This document shows, in pieces, positions 24,215 through 39,035 of a DNA stretch of 64,000 bases. The position numbers and the translations under genes are program-made. The DNA is from Eledone cirrhosa (taxonomy: Eukaryota). The notes below the pieces were generated by a model. The model saw nothing but the letters and a program-made list of their open reading frames with translations, was not told the DNA's origin and made no database searches. Where the stretch lies: assembly GCA_964016885.1 (NCBI GenBank), contig OZ024744.1, positions 54,374,001 to 54,438,000 of the forward strand, written 5' to 3'. The stretch's first letter is position 1. Every line of letters begins with the position of its first letter.

Positions 24215-25544
24215 CTATACATACATATAAAATAGAAAAAAAAACAAAAAGCTTATTAGAACTTTCCTTAAAGACTATTATAGTCTAGATATTACTTTTG
24301 AAAACACAAGTAAAGTAGTTAATTTCCTAGATATAACTTTAGACTTGGCTACGGGTATCTACCAACCTTACCATAAACCCAACCAAAACTTACACTACAT
24401 ACACTCACAATCTAATCACCCTAAATCTATCCTTAAAAACCTTGCATATAATATATCACTTAGAATTTCTAACCTTTCGTCTAACCAAGATGTATTTGAT
24501 AAAAATGCGACCTTCTATAACGAAGCTCTAGCTAGAAGTGGCCACAAAAATAGATTGGAATATATACCTTCTACCAATAACACTATAAACATACAACCTA
24601 ATATTACCAACAAACACCAATTGAAACGTACACACCTAAATGCCACTCACACTATACCCCAAAATACCAACATAAAACCAAATTTCTCTAACTCCTCTAA
24701 TATAAAGTATAGTAACTCTCAAAAAACTACTCATCATACAACTCTAATAAATGTTAATAATAAAACTCCTAATAAACAAGCTAAAACACCTAAATCAATA
24801 AATCTAACTAAAAATGTGCGTGGAGAGTTCATTAACAATAATCCTCCTAGTAAACATCAGGATGCATCCTATAAAAACAATAAACAACATAGAAACCGTA
24901 ATAGACGAGTTACTTGGTATAATGCTCCATTTAATTTACAAATTAAGGATAATATACCTAAAAAAATTTTTAATATCCTAGAGAAAAACTTCCCGCCAAA
25001 CCACAAATACCATCAAATCTTAAATAGATCAACAGTTAAATTCTCATACTCAACAACCAAAAACATAAAACAAAATATAAGTGCCTATAATGCATATAAA
25101 TGTAAAAAAATCATAAGTATACAACCAGTACATCAAACTAGCCATAATATCTCCTCAAATACAGAATTAACGAAAGGTTGTAACTGTAGAAACAAGGCAA
25201 ACTGCCCATTAAAAGGAAATTGTCTTGTTAACAACATAGTATATAAATGTAAAGTTAAAACTAAGGATTCTATTTGCTCATATATAGGAGCTACTTCTAA
25301 CAATTTTAAGGTAAGGTTTAATACCCACAAACATAGTTTTAAAAATGCCGCACTGGCTAATACAACATCTCTAGCAGAAAAAATTAATAGTTATAGAAAT
25401 AAGAATATAGAATATGATATGACCTGGAGTGTGCTCAAAAGAGCCACCCCTTATCAAAATAATAGAAATGAATGTAGATTGTGTTCCCAAGAACTATTTG
25501 AAATAATGAAATCTAAGGATATCCTATTAAATAAGCGACAGGAA

Positions 25545-26740
25545 TTAATAATATCGTGTAATCATGAACTGAGAAAAAAATTTAAATATTATAAACCTAA
25601 TTAATAATATATATTTTAGAAATTAATATATAAATTAATTTTAATGTAGTTAACCTATAATTTTAATTTAATTAAAATTCTACTACAGATGAAATTAAAA
25701 AATATCGTATAATCATAAACTGTGAAAAACATTTAAATATTATTAACCTAATTAATATATACTTTGGAAATTAATATATAGATTAATTTTAGTTTATTTA
25801 ACCTATTATTAAAATTCTTTTACAGATGAAATACAACAAAATATCGTGTAATTAAAAACGGAGAAATACTTTTTAATATTATAAACCTAATTAATATACA
25901 ATTTAGAAATTAATATATAAATTAATTTTAATTTAGTTAACCTATAATTTTAATTTAGTTAGCTTATAATTAAAATTCTAATACAGATGAAATGCAGAAT
26001 ATCGTGTAATCATAAACTGAGAAAAACTTTTAAATATATACCTAATTAATATACACTTTACAAATTAATATATAGATTAATTTTAATTTAGTTAACCTAT
26101 AATTAAAATTCTACTATAGATAAAATACAAAATGTTGCTTTAGTTATTATAAACCTAATTAACATATACTATAGAAATTAATATATAATTTTTAATTTAG
26201 TTAACCTATAATTAATAATCTACTACCGATGAAATACTTAATTTGGCTTTCCCTATTACAAAATTAATTTCCTAAAATTGATACCATCATGTAAATATAT
26301 GTAATTATTTTTAATTTAGTTATGCTATAATTAATACTCTACTACTGTTTAACTTCAAAATTCCGCTTTAAATATTATAAACCTAATTAGTATACACCTT
26401 AGAAATTAATATATTAACTATTTTTATTTTGGTTAACCTATAATTAATATTCTACTTATATTAAAATACATAATTTTTCCCTCTTACAAAATTCATTTCC
26501 TAAAATTGATACCATCATGTAAATATTTGTAATTAATTTTAATTTAGTTATGCTATAATTAATACTCTACTACTGTTTAACTTCAAAATTCCGCTTTAAA
26601 TATTATAAACCTAATTAGTATACACCTTAGAAATTAATAATTAATATTCTACATATATTAAAATACATAATTTAGCCTTCCTTCTTACAAATACCATTTC
26701 CTAAAACTGATACCACTATGTAAACACATATAATGATTTA
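25545..26740. repeat. AT-rich degenerate tandem repeats (~140-190 bp) starting in the last codons of the Naiad-like ORF
   Basis: Recurring atcgtgtaatcataaactgagaaaaa...aaacctaattaat...ttaacctataatt. Confidence 0.85.
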
Positions 26741-26945
26741 ACTGCAGATTAATATTCCACGTTCCTTGAAACCTATATATTTACTATTTCCCACTAATAA
26801 TTTTAATCCCCCTTCCACCCCCCACCCCCAATAATTATTTGTATTTGTAAGCGTGGATGTGTGTATGTGTATGTAAGTGTGTATGTATGTTTGTGTGTTT
26901 GTATGTGAGTATAAAAATACATATGTGCGCATGTATATGTATGTG

Positions 26946-26994
<49 letters not shown>

Positions 26995-27175
26995 GTGTAT
27001 GTATGTATGTATGTATGTGTATATATATGTATGTGTAGAGATGTGTGTATGTATGTGTATATATGTGTATATGTGTCTGACTGTGTATATATATATGTGT
27101 GTGTATGTCTCTATATATATGTATGTCTGAGTGTGTGTGTGTGTGTGGTTGTGTATATATACATGGCTATGTGTG

Positions 27176-27206
<31 letters not shown>

Positions 27207-27709
27207 ATGTATGTATGTGTATATATATATATGGGTGTATATTTATATGTATGGGTATATGTTTTACTTATTTTTATGTGTGTGCATACAAACAGGTCAA
27301 TATGCGTGAGGTTAAGTATGTGTATGTGTGTGTACGTATGTATGTATCGAACGTATGGATGTGTAAATGTGCGTATGTATATAAGCATGTATATTTTATG
27401 TCTCTCTTTTATGTTTTTTTATATTTCTTTTGTGAGACATGCGTGTCTGTGTATGTACGTACCAATTCCCCCCCTTTTTTTGTCTTTTTTTGTTTCCTTT
27501 TTTTGAGTTTTTTCCTTCTATATAAAAAAAAAATTTTATTTCTAATTTTATTGATATATTTTTATAAGTATGTCGAGATTGACACTTTCCCTTAATTACT
27601 ATACTCCCTTACCTCTTTTACTTCCGCATCTAAATGTAAGTGTGTGTGGGCGTGTTTATGTGAGCGCCTCAATATCCATATATTTATAATAATAATATAT
27701 ATATATATG

Positions 27710-27778
<69 letters not shown>

Positions 27779-28036
27779 TGTCTGTAGATTATAGACATAC
27801 AGATACACTAGCCCTAAATTTTTATATTTACATACACTTTTTCAATATTCGTATACATATGAGCATACACTTTTATGCACATCTGTGAGCGTATTTACAT
27901 ACATATATACACACACCTAACTGTATTTTCTTGATAAATTTTTATGTATCTCAATCCTTATTTCATTGGTCTATTTAAAATCTGTTCCCAAACAGACCTA
28001 TTATTTTGAATTGTTGTTATTATCAATAAACAAGCA

Positions 28037-28177
28037 TCATTATTTCTGAAGACAGCATATATATGTGAAGGTATGTATATTCTCTCTGATAGTTTGTATA
28101 CTTTTGTACATAGATCTTTTGAATATGCATACCAATTCTAACACATATATGTCCTAGAAACGATCGTAAAATAATGA
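28037..28177 (+). ncRNA. Type-I hammerhead with ~104-nt extended stem II
   Basis: TCATTATTT CTGAAGA [long hairpin] GAAAC GATC GTA AAATAATGA; 9-bp stem I. Confidence 0.75.
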
Positions 28178-28439
28178 ACTTTTTTTGTTTAATATAAGGA
28201 ACTCTTTCTTTGTTTATTCATTATTTTTTAAATAATTTATATACATACATATATATATATATATACATATATATATATGAAATTTCAGGTTATCAATAAT
28301 GTAGTGATAATATATCGTTACGTTAGAGATGAACAGCGTACGTGTAGGTTTGCTCAACGAGTATACATTATATTTCGGAGAAAATATAGAAAAGATGAAT
28401 ATAAAATGAAAGTGCTTTTTTTAAAAAGGAATTTATTAG

Positions 28440-29420
28440 GTATTGACATATGTTTCTGTAACTAGAAATAGCACAGAATCACCACCATACATACACTACC
28501 GCAATAGACACAATAATAGTCGCACACCACCAAACAGAAGGCGATGTAAAGAGTATATTTGGTATAACCCGGTCTATAACAACTCTATTAAAACCAATCT
28601 ACCCTCACATCGTATACAAATGTACTATCGAATCGAATAGACAGAAGTGGTACTATGTGGGATCTACAGCCACCTCCTTCAAATCACGCCTTTATAGACA
28701 TCGTTACTCGATAAAACATGAAAACCAACGTTATGTAACAACACTCGCAGACAAGGCTTGGCAGCTGCGTGAAAATAACCAACAATTTCACCTAAAATGG
28801 GATATAATAGCGGCTGCTATTATCTATTATATTATATTATATAGTATGTAATTGTATAGTTTATTATATATTATATGTGCTACTTATAATCATATCATAT
28901 TATTACCTTATGTATATTAGATATACGTATTATTATTATTATTATTATTTTTATTCCTATCATGCTTATTTATATTTAAACTCTTAATAATGTTTAATTT
29001 GTGCTGTTAAAGATGGATATGTGTATTGATGTATATGTATATGTGCGTACGTGTGCGTACATATATACATATGTATATTGTACCTTTTAATTTTTATTGT
29101 AATTTTAATATGTTACAAGTATATTATATTATATTATATAGTATTATATATAATTCCCGCTCTATATAACCACCTTTGTTTAGCTCTAGGTTTTTTTTGC
29201 TTTGGACTATATTTGTAATATGGTTCTAAATGTTATACACCTCCTTAGTGATTTTTATTATATATTTTTACCCATAATCTTGCAATACTTTAGTGTATGT
29301 ACACTCCATATTCTTCGGAGTTTTTGGCTTGTATTGGCCGATAATACTTCTTGTTGTTTTAATTGCCCTGATGAGTCCTTAATAGGACGAAACATTGTTG
29401 GCTAATAAAGACTTTTGATG
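28440..29420 (+). mobile_element. Internally deleted Naiad-like PLE 3' fragment
   Basis: IWYNPVYN...IVYKC...YVGSTATSFKSRL; tail carries an HHR and AATAAA. Confidence 0.7.
29365..29402 (+). ncRNA. Minimal type-I hammerhead
   Basis: GCC CTGATGA GTCCT taat AGGAC GAAAC ATT GTT GGC. Confidence 0.85.
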
Positions 29421-29447
29421 TATTGAAGGCTTCTTTGTTTTACTTTC

Positions 29448-29678
<231 letters not shown>

Positions 29679-29731
29679 ATATATATATATATGTATGTAT
29701 ATATATATATATACATGTATATATATATATG

Positions 29732-29818
<87 letters not shown>

Positions 29819-30034
29819 GTATATATATAGTATTAAGGATACTATTGATGGTTATGTATATAATAAAACCTTTTATAGTTATATATTTTTTATACAAACC
29901 CCAAATAGTGAAAGATAGTCATTTATTACTATCTTATTACCAGTAAGATAAATAGCTCAATGTAATAACATCAGTTGTTTTACAGAGCAGTTATATAGAG
30001 ATTACAATAATCAAGTTCAATTTAAATAATTTAT

Positions 30035-30083
30035 TTGCTTACAATTGTTTCCTCCAAACCGAGGTTTGGATTCTTCGGAGCAA
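30035..30083 (-). ncRNA. Hammerhead, U4C core variant
   Basis: Minus: TTGCT CCGAAGA a TCCAAACC tc GGTTTGGA g GAAAC AATT GTA AGCAA. Confidence 0.75.
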
Positions 30084-30475
30084 CAATTTAGTGATCTATA
30101 ACATACTTGACCTACTTTTCAACACAAGAGACATATAAAAACATGCATATATTGACCCAGTGGGATGACATCCATCAAAATGATATAGCATGGCAATTTA
30201 CGTATAAAGGTTAAAGGATAAAAATAAAAATAAAAATAAAAATAAAAATAAAAATAAAAATAAAAATAAAAATAAAAATTTAAAAAAATAAATAAAAATA
30301 AAAATAAAATAAAAATAAAAATAAAAATAAAGGTTAAAGGATAAAAATAAAAATAAAAATAAAAATAAAAATAAAAATAAAAATAAAATTAAAAATAAAA
30401 ATAAAAATAAAAATAAAAATAAAGGTTAAAATAAAAATAAAAATAAAAATAAAAATAAAAATAAAAATAAAATAA

Positions 30476-30506
<31 letters not shown>

Positions 30507-33500
30507 TAAAAATAAAAATAAAAATAAAAATGAAACATTGGCAGTTTATGAAGATAAAGCGAGAGGAAAGTTTAGAGTAGTCAGTGTATGAAACAATCTC
30601 ACGTGTAGCATGCACGCGTGTCTTATTCATACAGGATTAGAGTCCGGTAGATTGTTAGTTGCAGGATCAGGCAGTTGAAGCAGGCAATCGATAGTATTAT
30701 GTCGGCTGAATTGTTAAATCATTTTTTCGCATAGAAATACTTTTCGCCCGTAAAACACTAATCACCTTTGAAGACCAATTATGGACCCGCAAAGATACGC
30801 AAAACAACTTCGTCATTACCATGGGATCTAGTGACTCGGCACAGGTCACTGATTTAGTCGGCTTATATTTACTTAACCAAATCAATAAGGACCTTCCTTA
30901 CCTCAACGGTGGTTTGTATCGCGACGATGCACTTCTACTTATAGATTATAAAAAAATTCAATATAGAAAGAACTAGAAACTATTGCACAAATCATTCAAA
31001 AACTATAACCTTAGTATTACCATGGACAAAAACACTAAAAACGTCAACTTCCTAGACGCCACACTCTACCTAGACTCAATGATATATGCACCTTTCCACA
31101 AACCTAATGAAAAACTCATTTACGTAGATACCAAGTCTAACCACTCTAGATCTATATTAAACTCTATCTCTAAGGGAGTATCTAATAGAATCTCTAATCT
31201 ATCCTATGACGTAAACACATTTAACAATAACTCGCAATATTATAATCAGGCATTAGCTAGATCAGGCCATAATACAGGGATAGTGTTCCTACCTACAAAA
31301 ACGCATAGCTACAACATTATTTCACACAACATGTCCATGAGAAAATTTAATAATAGGAATAGAAACCACACACACACTAATAGAGATGATAACAACAAAA
31401 GTAACCCAAACCACAGAAATTACCATAGTAGCATAAAAGGAAACAAATCACCAGACATAAAAAACAGAAATAGAAGAAGAAATAATACATTTTTCAACCC
31501 TCCTTTCAATCTAAACGTCTCTACCAACCTACCTAGGGCTTTCTTCTCACTACTAGATAAAACTTCCCATCCGGCCACAAGTACAAAAACATTATTAAAA
31601 TCTCATACTCTACTACACCTAACTTAACATACCACATAGCTAGTAGCAATAAAAGAAAAATTAATTCTTACTTCCAACAAACTAAATCACAACAGACGAT
31701 AAACCTTCATAATAACTTTCAAAATATCATTATAGCAACTAACCCTAATATCAATAGAAATAATAGTAATAGTACTAGTGTAAACAATAACGCTGCGAAT
31801 GACAACCCACATAACCATAACCCTATTGCTAACATCCAGACTTCTACACAGCATAATAACCGGCAGACTAACACCCAGAATAATTGTAACTGTAGATCAA
31901 ATAGAACCTGCCCTTTAGATAAAAAAAATGCTTAACCAAGGATATCATATACTCATGTACAGTCACAACTAACAACTCTTCTGAAACCTATATAGGATCT
32001 ACTTCTAACTGCTTCAAAACTAGATACAATTCGCACCTCCACTCTTTCAAAAAACACAGTCTAGCCAACTCCACTTCACTATCTAGCTACATACACTATC
32101 TAAAAACTAAAAATAAACTATATACACTTAAATGGGAAGTGGTAGGTAGTGCAACATCGTACAAACCACCTAATACATTTTGTAACCTCTGTCTACTAGA
32201 GACCCATACTATCATCTTCTCTAACCATAATCTCCTTAATAAAAAATCAGAAGTGTTCGCATCTTGCCAACACCGCTTCCGACACTCTTTCCAAAACTTT
32301 AAACCCTATATATAACAATGTCAGACTGGAACCGTCACCACCCCTAGCAATTAGCATCAGTGGCACACCTTACACCTCATCTCCACACCCATTTATATAC
32401 TCTAAAGCTAATAGTGGCGACCTTATAGTACCATCTACCCTGGAGATACCCCCATGTACTTCTAATTCTGATATCTTAGCCGTGGATTACTTAAACTGCA
32501 TTGCACAAATATATGATTAATATAAACTGTAGACACTGTATTGGTTGTGCTAACATAATCTTGTGCATGGAGTGCTACCATGACATAGTTTGATGATTAA
32601 GTAAATAATTTATTATTAAGTGACTATATATTCTATTCGATGAGTACAATGAATTATGCACAGGTGTTGCTTGATGACCAGATTAGTGTCTTTTGATGAG
32701 AGAACGGGTCCCCGGACCACCCTGATGATATTTGAATTTACCAGGGATTCAGTCATACAATGACCCGAAACTTGCCGGGAGTCTTGTACGGTAATAGGAC
32801 CCTTAATAGTAATAAGACCCTTATTAGTAGTGAGACCCATATACATATAATTAACTTTGAAGTCCGACTCTTCTTATAGATTGTCCAGGTGTGGCACTCC
32901 ATAGATTGTAATCATCATGATATGAACTCCTTTAGTACTTATTAATAGACTCCACTCTAATTTGTATATAAGAAACCTAATTTAATTTATATATGAGATG
33001 GGAGTTTATGTATTGCTTGATGACCAGACTAGTGCCTTTATATGAGGGAATTGATCTTTGATCTCCAGATCACCCAGAGGATATTCAAATTGGCCAAGGA
33101 TTCACACATATAATGACGCAGAGCTTACCGGGAGTCGTATATAATAGTAGGACCCTGCCAGGTTCTGCGGGTGGAATACACTTACAAAGAACATTGATTT
33201 AGAGGTCTGACTATTCTTATAGAATGTTCAGATATGACACCCCTTAATAGAAGGTAATCATCCTGGTATATACACCTTTAGTACTTCTTAATAAAATACA
33301 CGGTAACTTATAGATAAGTAACCTAATCTAGAAATTAGTTATAGCATCATATGATAGGCACTTATTTGAAACACCATTAGTGTAATTTAGGATAATAAAT
33401 TTAACTAAGAAAACCAGCTAGTTACCTCCCCTTAAGCATTAACTCCCCTTGGTCACGCACACACTTCCAGAATACAATATCATCACACAAAACTAAACAA

Positions 33501-34123
33501 CATGACCTATTGATTAAGAATCGACAAGATATGGTTTATAACTTGGTTATATGCTGAACCATTGTGGAATATATGATAGACCCGTGGTCTATATATTGCG
33601 TCTCATGGATTGTGTGAGTGGTGGTGTGCGCGACGACAGTGGTACTGTTTTGCCTACGATATAATATGGTTTATAATATGTTTGATATTTTTGATATTTT
33701 GGTGTTTCTCTACATTCGGGATTGTATACCATACAGGTGTTTGCATAAAAATGATTTAACAATTCAGCCGACATAATACTATCGATTGCCTGCTTCAACT
33801 GCCTGATCATGCAACTAACAATCTGCCGCAATCTAATCCTGTATAAATGAGACACGCGTGCATGCTACACGTGAGATTGTTTCATACACTGACTACTCTA
33901 AACTTTCCTCTCGCTTTATCTTCATGAACTGCCAATGTTTCATTTTTATTTTTATTTTTATTTTTATTTCTATTTTTATTTTTATCCTTTAACCTTTATA
34001 TGTAAATTGCCATTATATATCATTTTCATGGATGTCATCCCACTGTGGGCCAATATATGCATATGTTTTTATATGTCTCTTGTGTTGAAAAGAAGGTCAA
34101 GTATGTTATAGATCACTAAATTG

Positions 34124-34172
34124 TTGCTCCGAAGAATCCAAACCTCGGTTTGTAGGAAACAACTGTAAGCAA
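34124..34172 (+). ncRNA. Hammerhead, U4C core variant (3' tail copy)
   Basis: TTGCT CCGAAGA atccaaacctcggtttgtag GAAAC AACT GTA AGCAA. Confidence 0.7.
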
Positions 34173-34229
34173 ATAAATGATTTAAACTTAACTTTGATTA
34201 TTGTAATCTCTATATGTATATATATATGC

Positions 34230-34339
<110 letters not shown>

Positions 34340-37300
34340 AAAGTTATATTTAAATTGTTGTGTTACAACTAGTAAATATTTATAAGTGATATAAAAGCAC
34401 TCGACAAATATTTGGAGTATATTTACAATATTAAATAAATGGAAACTATATCTATAAAACCATATTTATTTCATTATATATATTTCAGGGATAACATATT
34501 AACAATATGCTATGCCTTCCTCAGACAAAATACAATATAAACAGTTTTATAGATAAATAGATTCGACATACCGTAACAACATCTACTTGCATTTGAGAAG
34601 GTTGATTTGGTTGTGACAAAATTGTACACAGAGAGAAAGAAAAAGAGAGAGAAAGAGAGAAAAAAAGAGAGAAAAAAGGAAAGAAAGACAGAAAACGAAG
34701 AAAAAGAAAAAGAAGAAATGCATGGAACAAAATAGAGAGATGGAAAGATAGATAAAGAGAAGAACTTCATGTAAAGAAACAGAAAGATATATATATAGAG
34801 AGAGAGAGGAAATAGAGATAGATACATATATAGAAAGCTAGGTAGTGGGACAACTGTTGAATAACGTATCAATGATACATTTATTTATTTATTTATTTAT
34901 TTAGCTCTAGTATTAATGTAAGGGAGATATATGGAGGGAAAACCAGCTGTTATATAGGGAGAGAAAAAATATAGAGAGAGAAAAAAAAGAGAGAGAGAAA
35001 ATTCAAAAATATCCAGACACAGGCGAGGTATTAGTATTTACAAAACCAGCCTCTGCATTGCAAATATCAGTATTCCTGAATGAGATATGTATCCACAATG
35101 TGTGAAAATTAATGATCTTATGTTTAGTTTTTTAAAAAAATTCATATGTTTATGTGATAATTACAAACATCTATGTGAAAGTACATGATCAATTCTGCAA
35201 ACCCTAAGTTCACGGAAAGTATTCTCAATGCGGTATAAAAATTTAAGTATACATATATGTGTATATAGAGTCAATATTACTATTTCTGTCTCTACTCTAC
35301 AATATTATCTATCAAGCAAAGATAGAGCAGATTTCAATATACTAATAAAAATAAAAATAAAAATATATCGGAAACAAAACTAAATTAAAAATAACAATAA
35401 TAATAATAAGTAATAATAAAATAGAAAACTAAGAAATATTACGAAAGAATATTACATATTAAAAATATTACATATTAAAAAATTTACATATTAAAAATAT
35501 TAAAAATAAAAATTAGGAAATACTACAGTAATAAAAATAAAATAAACCACAAAGATCAACCCTTCAAAATTAATTGACAATATATTGCCAAGTTCATTAT
35601 AAACATCAGAGTCGAAAAACAGATACAGCCAAAAATTATCTATCAAATCGCATCTAGCAAAGATCATTTCAAAAAGTATAGGATGCCCAATTTGGTCTAC
35701 ATGTGTTCTTATATTTAATATAGAAGTTTATCTAGTGTAACGTTTATTCGAAATATTTGGAGCCTCAACTTTTAGGATAGCTTAATTTTTCATGAAGAAT
35801 GATTAAATAAATAAAATAAAAATAAAAAGAGTAAAGAGAATCAAAGATTTATCGGCTAGTTTCCCATATAATTATAAATCAAACTAAATATACTACATTT
35901 TAAATTTAAATTTATATTTAAACGTTGAGTTTAATCTATGTTTGCAACAACTGAATAAATTTGTCCGTAGATTAAGGGAATTTTTAGATTTTAGTATAAA
36001 GAATATCTCCTCTGCGCAGAGGTCACATGTCTCAGAGGATGAATTAAAAGGAATCCCTCTTGAGACTATATTCCAAGCCGTCGAATATCTAACGTTATCT
36101 AGCTTAAGTTGCCATAGTACGCCTGATAGTGCCGTTGAAGATTTTTTACTTGGATCTGTGAAAGAATTCTTGTGGTTATTATAGCGAAGTTTAAATTCTG
36201 TCGATGTGGAACCGACGTAGTTAAAAGAATTAGAGTCAGTATTAACATTACAATTGTATACTATATTTTTAACTAAGCAGTTGTTATTTAACGGACATTT
36301 AGATCTATCTCTACAGTTACATTTGTTAACTTGTATATTATTTATGCTGTTATCACTAGGTTTTAAGTTCCTATTATTTATTCTATTGATATTTTGTGCT
36401 AAATTTTTGGTGGATGAGTAGGTTAATTTAATTGTATGTCTATTGAAAATTGAGTGATATCTATGTGTTCTAGGGAAGCGATTATCAAGAGCTTTAAAAA
36501 ATAGTTTAGCGATGTGGGTTTTAATGTTTAGTGAGAAGGGGGGGGGGGGGGGCAAACCAAATTATGTTCCTAGTTCTATTTCTTTTTTGGCCTTTGGAAT
36601 TATTGTAATGCTTTCTATTATAGTTGTTAAGGATGTTGCCGTAATTAAAAAAGTTGTTACTTTGTTTAGTTTGTCTATCATTATCTATGTACACAATCTT
36701 ATCAGCATATCCTGCTCTAGCTAATGCTTCATTGTAGTATTGGGCTTTTTCGTCGACAATCTTTCTATTCGACGAGATCCTAGAGATACGTTTTTGGACA
36801 GAGTTTACTATAGTGTTTTTGACAGATCTGGGGTGGTTAGAGTTAAAGTTTACATAGTTTAAGTTTTCATTCAACTTGTGAAAAGGATAGTGAAGACATG
36901 TGTTGAGATTTAATGTTATATCTAGGAAATTGACTATTCTATGGTTGTTTTCAATTTCTATTTTAAGATTAAAGTAATTAAAAAATTGTGTAATTTGTTT
37001 ACATTTTCTATTTAGTTCAGAGTTATTATTATCAATAAGTAAAAGCATGTCGTCTCTATATAAACCTCCGGTAGTACCAGGGTATTTTCCTATGTAGCGA
37101 ATTGATTAAAAATAAACCCACAAGGTCAGTTACCTGGGCTGAGTCGGATGATCCCATAGTAATGTCAAAATTGCTATCTCTATCTGCTCTGGTCCATAGT
37201 TGGTCATTAAATTCTATCAAAGTTTTCCTAGCCGATAATATAATATGCATTTCATTGCTAGTTAGGTCAGTATGTTTGAATGCGTAATTTAGTGCCTTAT

Positions 37301-38505
37301 TTAGTAGATTAGGGGTAATAGAAGAATAATAGTTAGCTATATCAAGTTGAATAAACTTATTATTATTGTTATATTTAATTTGCTTAAACCACTCAACGAC
37401 TTCTCCAGTTCCCTTCCACAAGCTCAGGTCAGATAAACAATCCAAGTTCTTAATTTGCTGTATCACCTGTCAAGAATGTTTTTGCTTAATTTGCCCAGGT
37501 CCGATTTTGATGGTGCGATCAATCTAACTGGTAGGTCATTTTCAAAATTCCGCTTGTGATCTTTCATATTGATCTTCGGTTTCCTGGGCACGAAAGGTTG
37601 TGTTCTGTTCTCAATTTCCAACGCGTGCATTATACAAGATGCTTCAACATTCATTTTCTCAAGCTCGGCCTTATCTGCTACCTTGTACTTTTTCCTCAGC
37701 TCTTTCAGTATGAGGCCATTATACATGTCTTTCTGCACTCCATAGAGGTTGTTGGTCTTGTCAGATTTCACCAAGATCTTCTCAGTTTTCTCTAAGCTCT
37801 CAATGTTATCCTTAATGCCTTTCAGATATTCCTGGCCTTTGAAGTTTCTCTTGAATTTGACCCCTTGTATGATAGAAATTATATCGTTTTCAAAGTCAGA
37901 TAAAAGTTTGTTAGGGGGTGGATTTCTTTTAGATTTGAAAACTTTGTTTAAGTCCGAGACATTTTCGTTTGTATTAGATTTATCAAAGTGGAATGCTCGC
38001 CACCTGATTCTCCTTATAAAAGAGTCAGATTTATCTATTAATTGTTTTATAAAGTCTTTGTTTCTAGGTAGAGGTATGTCTTTTAAAGAGGAAGTAATCT
38101 TAAAGAATTCCATTTTCCAGTTATAATATAAAGCGCTCAATAATATTGGAGCAAGATATATGGAAAGTTATATTTAAATTGTTGTGTTACAACTAGTATT
38201 TTGTTCCATGCATTTCTTCTTTTTCTTTTTCTTCGTTTTCTGTCTTTCTTTCCTTTTTTCTCTCTTTTTTCTCTCTTTCTCTCTCTCTTTCTTTCTCTCT
38301 GTGTACAATTTTGTCACAACCAAATCAACATTCTCAAATGCAAGTAGATGTTGTTACGGTATGTCGAATCTATTTATCTATAAAACTGTTTATATTGTAT
38401 TTTGTCTAAGGAAGGCATAGCATATTGTTAATATGTTATCCCTGAAATATATATAATGAAATAAATATGGTTTTATAGATATAGTTTCCATTTATTTAAT
38501 ATTGT
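34340..38505 (-). mobile_element. Full-length Naiad-like PLE (coding ~35893-38113, three frameshifts) with inverted tail at its 5' end
   Basis: SLKDIPLP, KSDKTNNLY, FIQLDIANYY, GGLYRDD across a frameshift, CNCRDRSKCPL, VYNC...YVGSTS; ~34425-34730 inverted at ~38200-38505. Confidence 0.9.
34472..34530 (-). ncRNA. Hammerhead-like motif with long stem II (the inverted copy at ~38400-38458 has CTAAGGA, G5A)
   Basis: Minus: CTGAGGA AGG c ATAGCATATT gtt AATATGTTAT c CCT GAAA TATATA; stem I weak. Confidence 0.55.
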
Positions 38506-38522
38506 ATATATATATGTATATA

Positions 38523-38648
<126 letters not shown>

Positions 38649-38704
38649 TATATATACATATATATATATATATATATGCATATATATACATATATATATA
38701 TATA

Positions 38705-38738
<34 letters not shown>

Positions 38739-38894
38739 TATATATATATTTATATATATATATGCATATATATAAATATATTTATATGTATATATATATG
38801 CATATATATATATATATGTATATATATATGCATATATATATATATATTTATATGTATATATATATGCATATATATATATATATGTATATATATA

Positions 38895-38977
<83 letters not shown>

Positions 38978-38986
38978 ATATATATG

Positions 38987-39029
<43 letters not shown>

Positions 39030-39035
<6 letters not shown>

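Larger units (their letters stand above)
24240..28240 (+). mobile_element. 5'-truncated Naiad-like PLE (thumb, Asn-rich linker, GIY-YIG; ORF ends 25604) with long 3' tail
   Basis: NFLDITL, SNHP, WYNAPF, CNCRNKANCPL, VYKC...YIGATS; right boundary inferred from the HHR at 28037. Confidence 0.8.
29998..34213 (+). mobile_element. 5'-truncated Naiad-like PLE (coding ~30725-32350) with inverted tail at its 5' end
   Basis: MGSSDSAQVTDLVG, GGLYRDD, FFNPPF, CNCRSNRTCPL, YIGSTS; 29998-30726 is the reverse complement of 33747-34213 apart from a (TAAAAA)n expansion. Confidence 0.88.

Noticed and set aside
36535-36555. Frame change at the G-run in the 34340-38505 element as a programmed frameshift
   Set aside because: It is a homopolymer expansion in the conserved WFxPP motif; mutation or sequencing error is more likely.
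37463-37465. TGA ending ORF 37463-38140 as Sec or readthrough
   Set aside because: Homology continues in another frame (LDR/VIQQIK), so this is a 1-bp indel.
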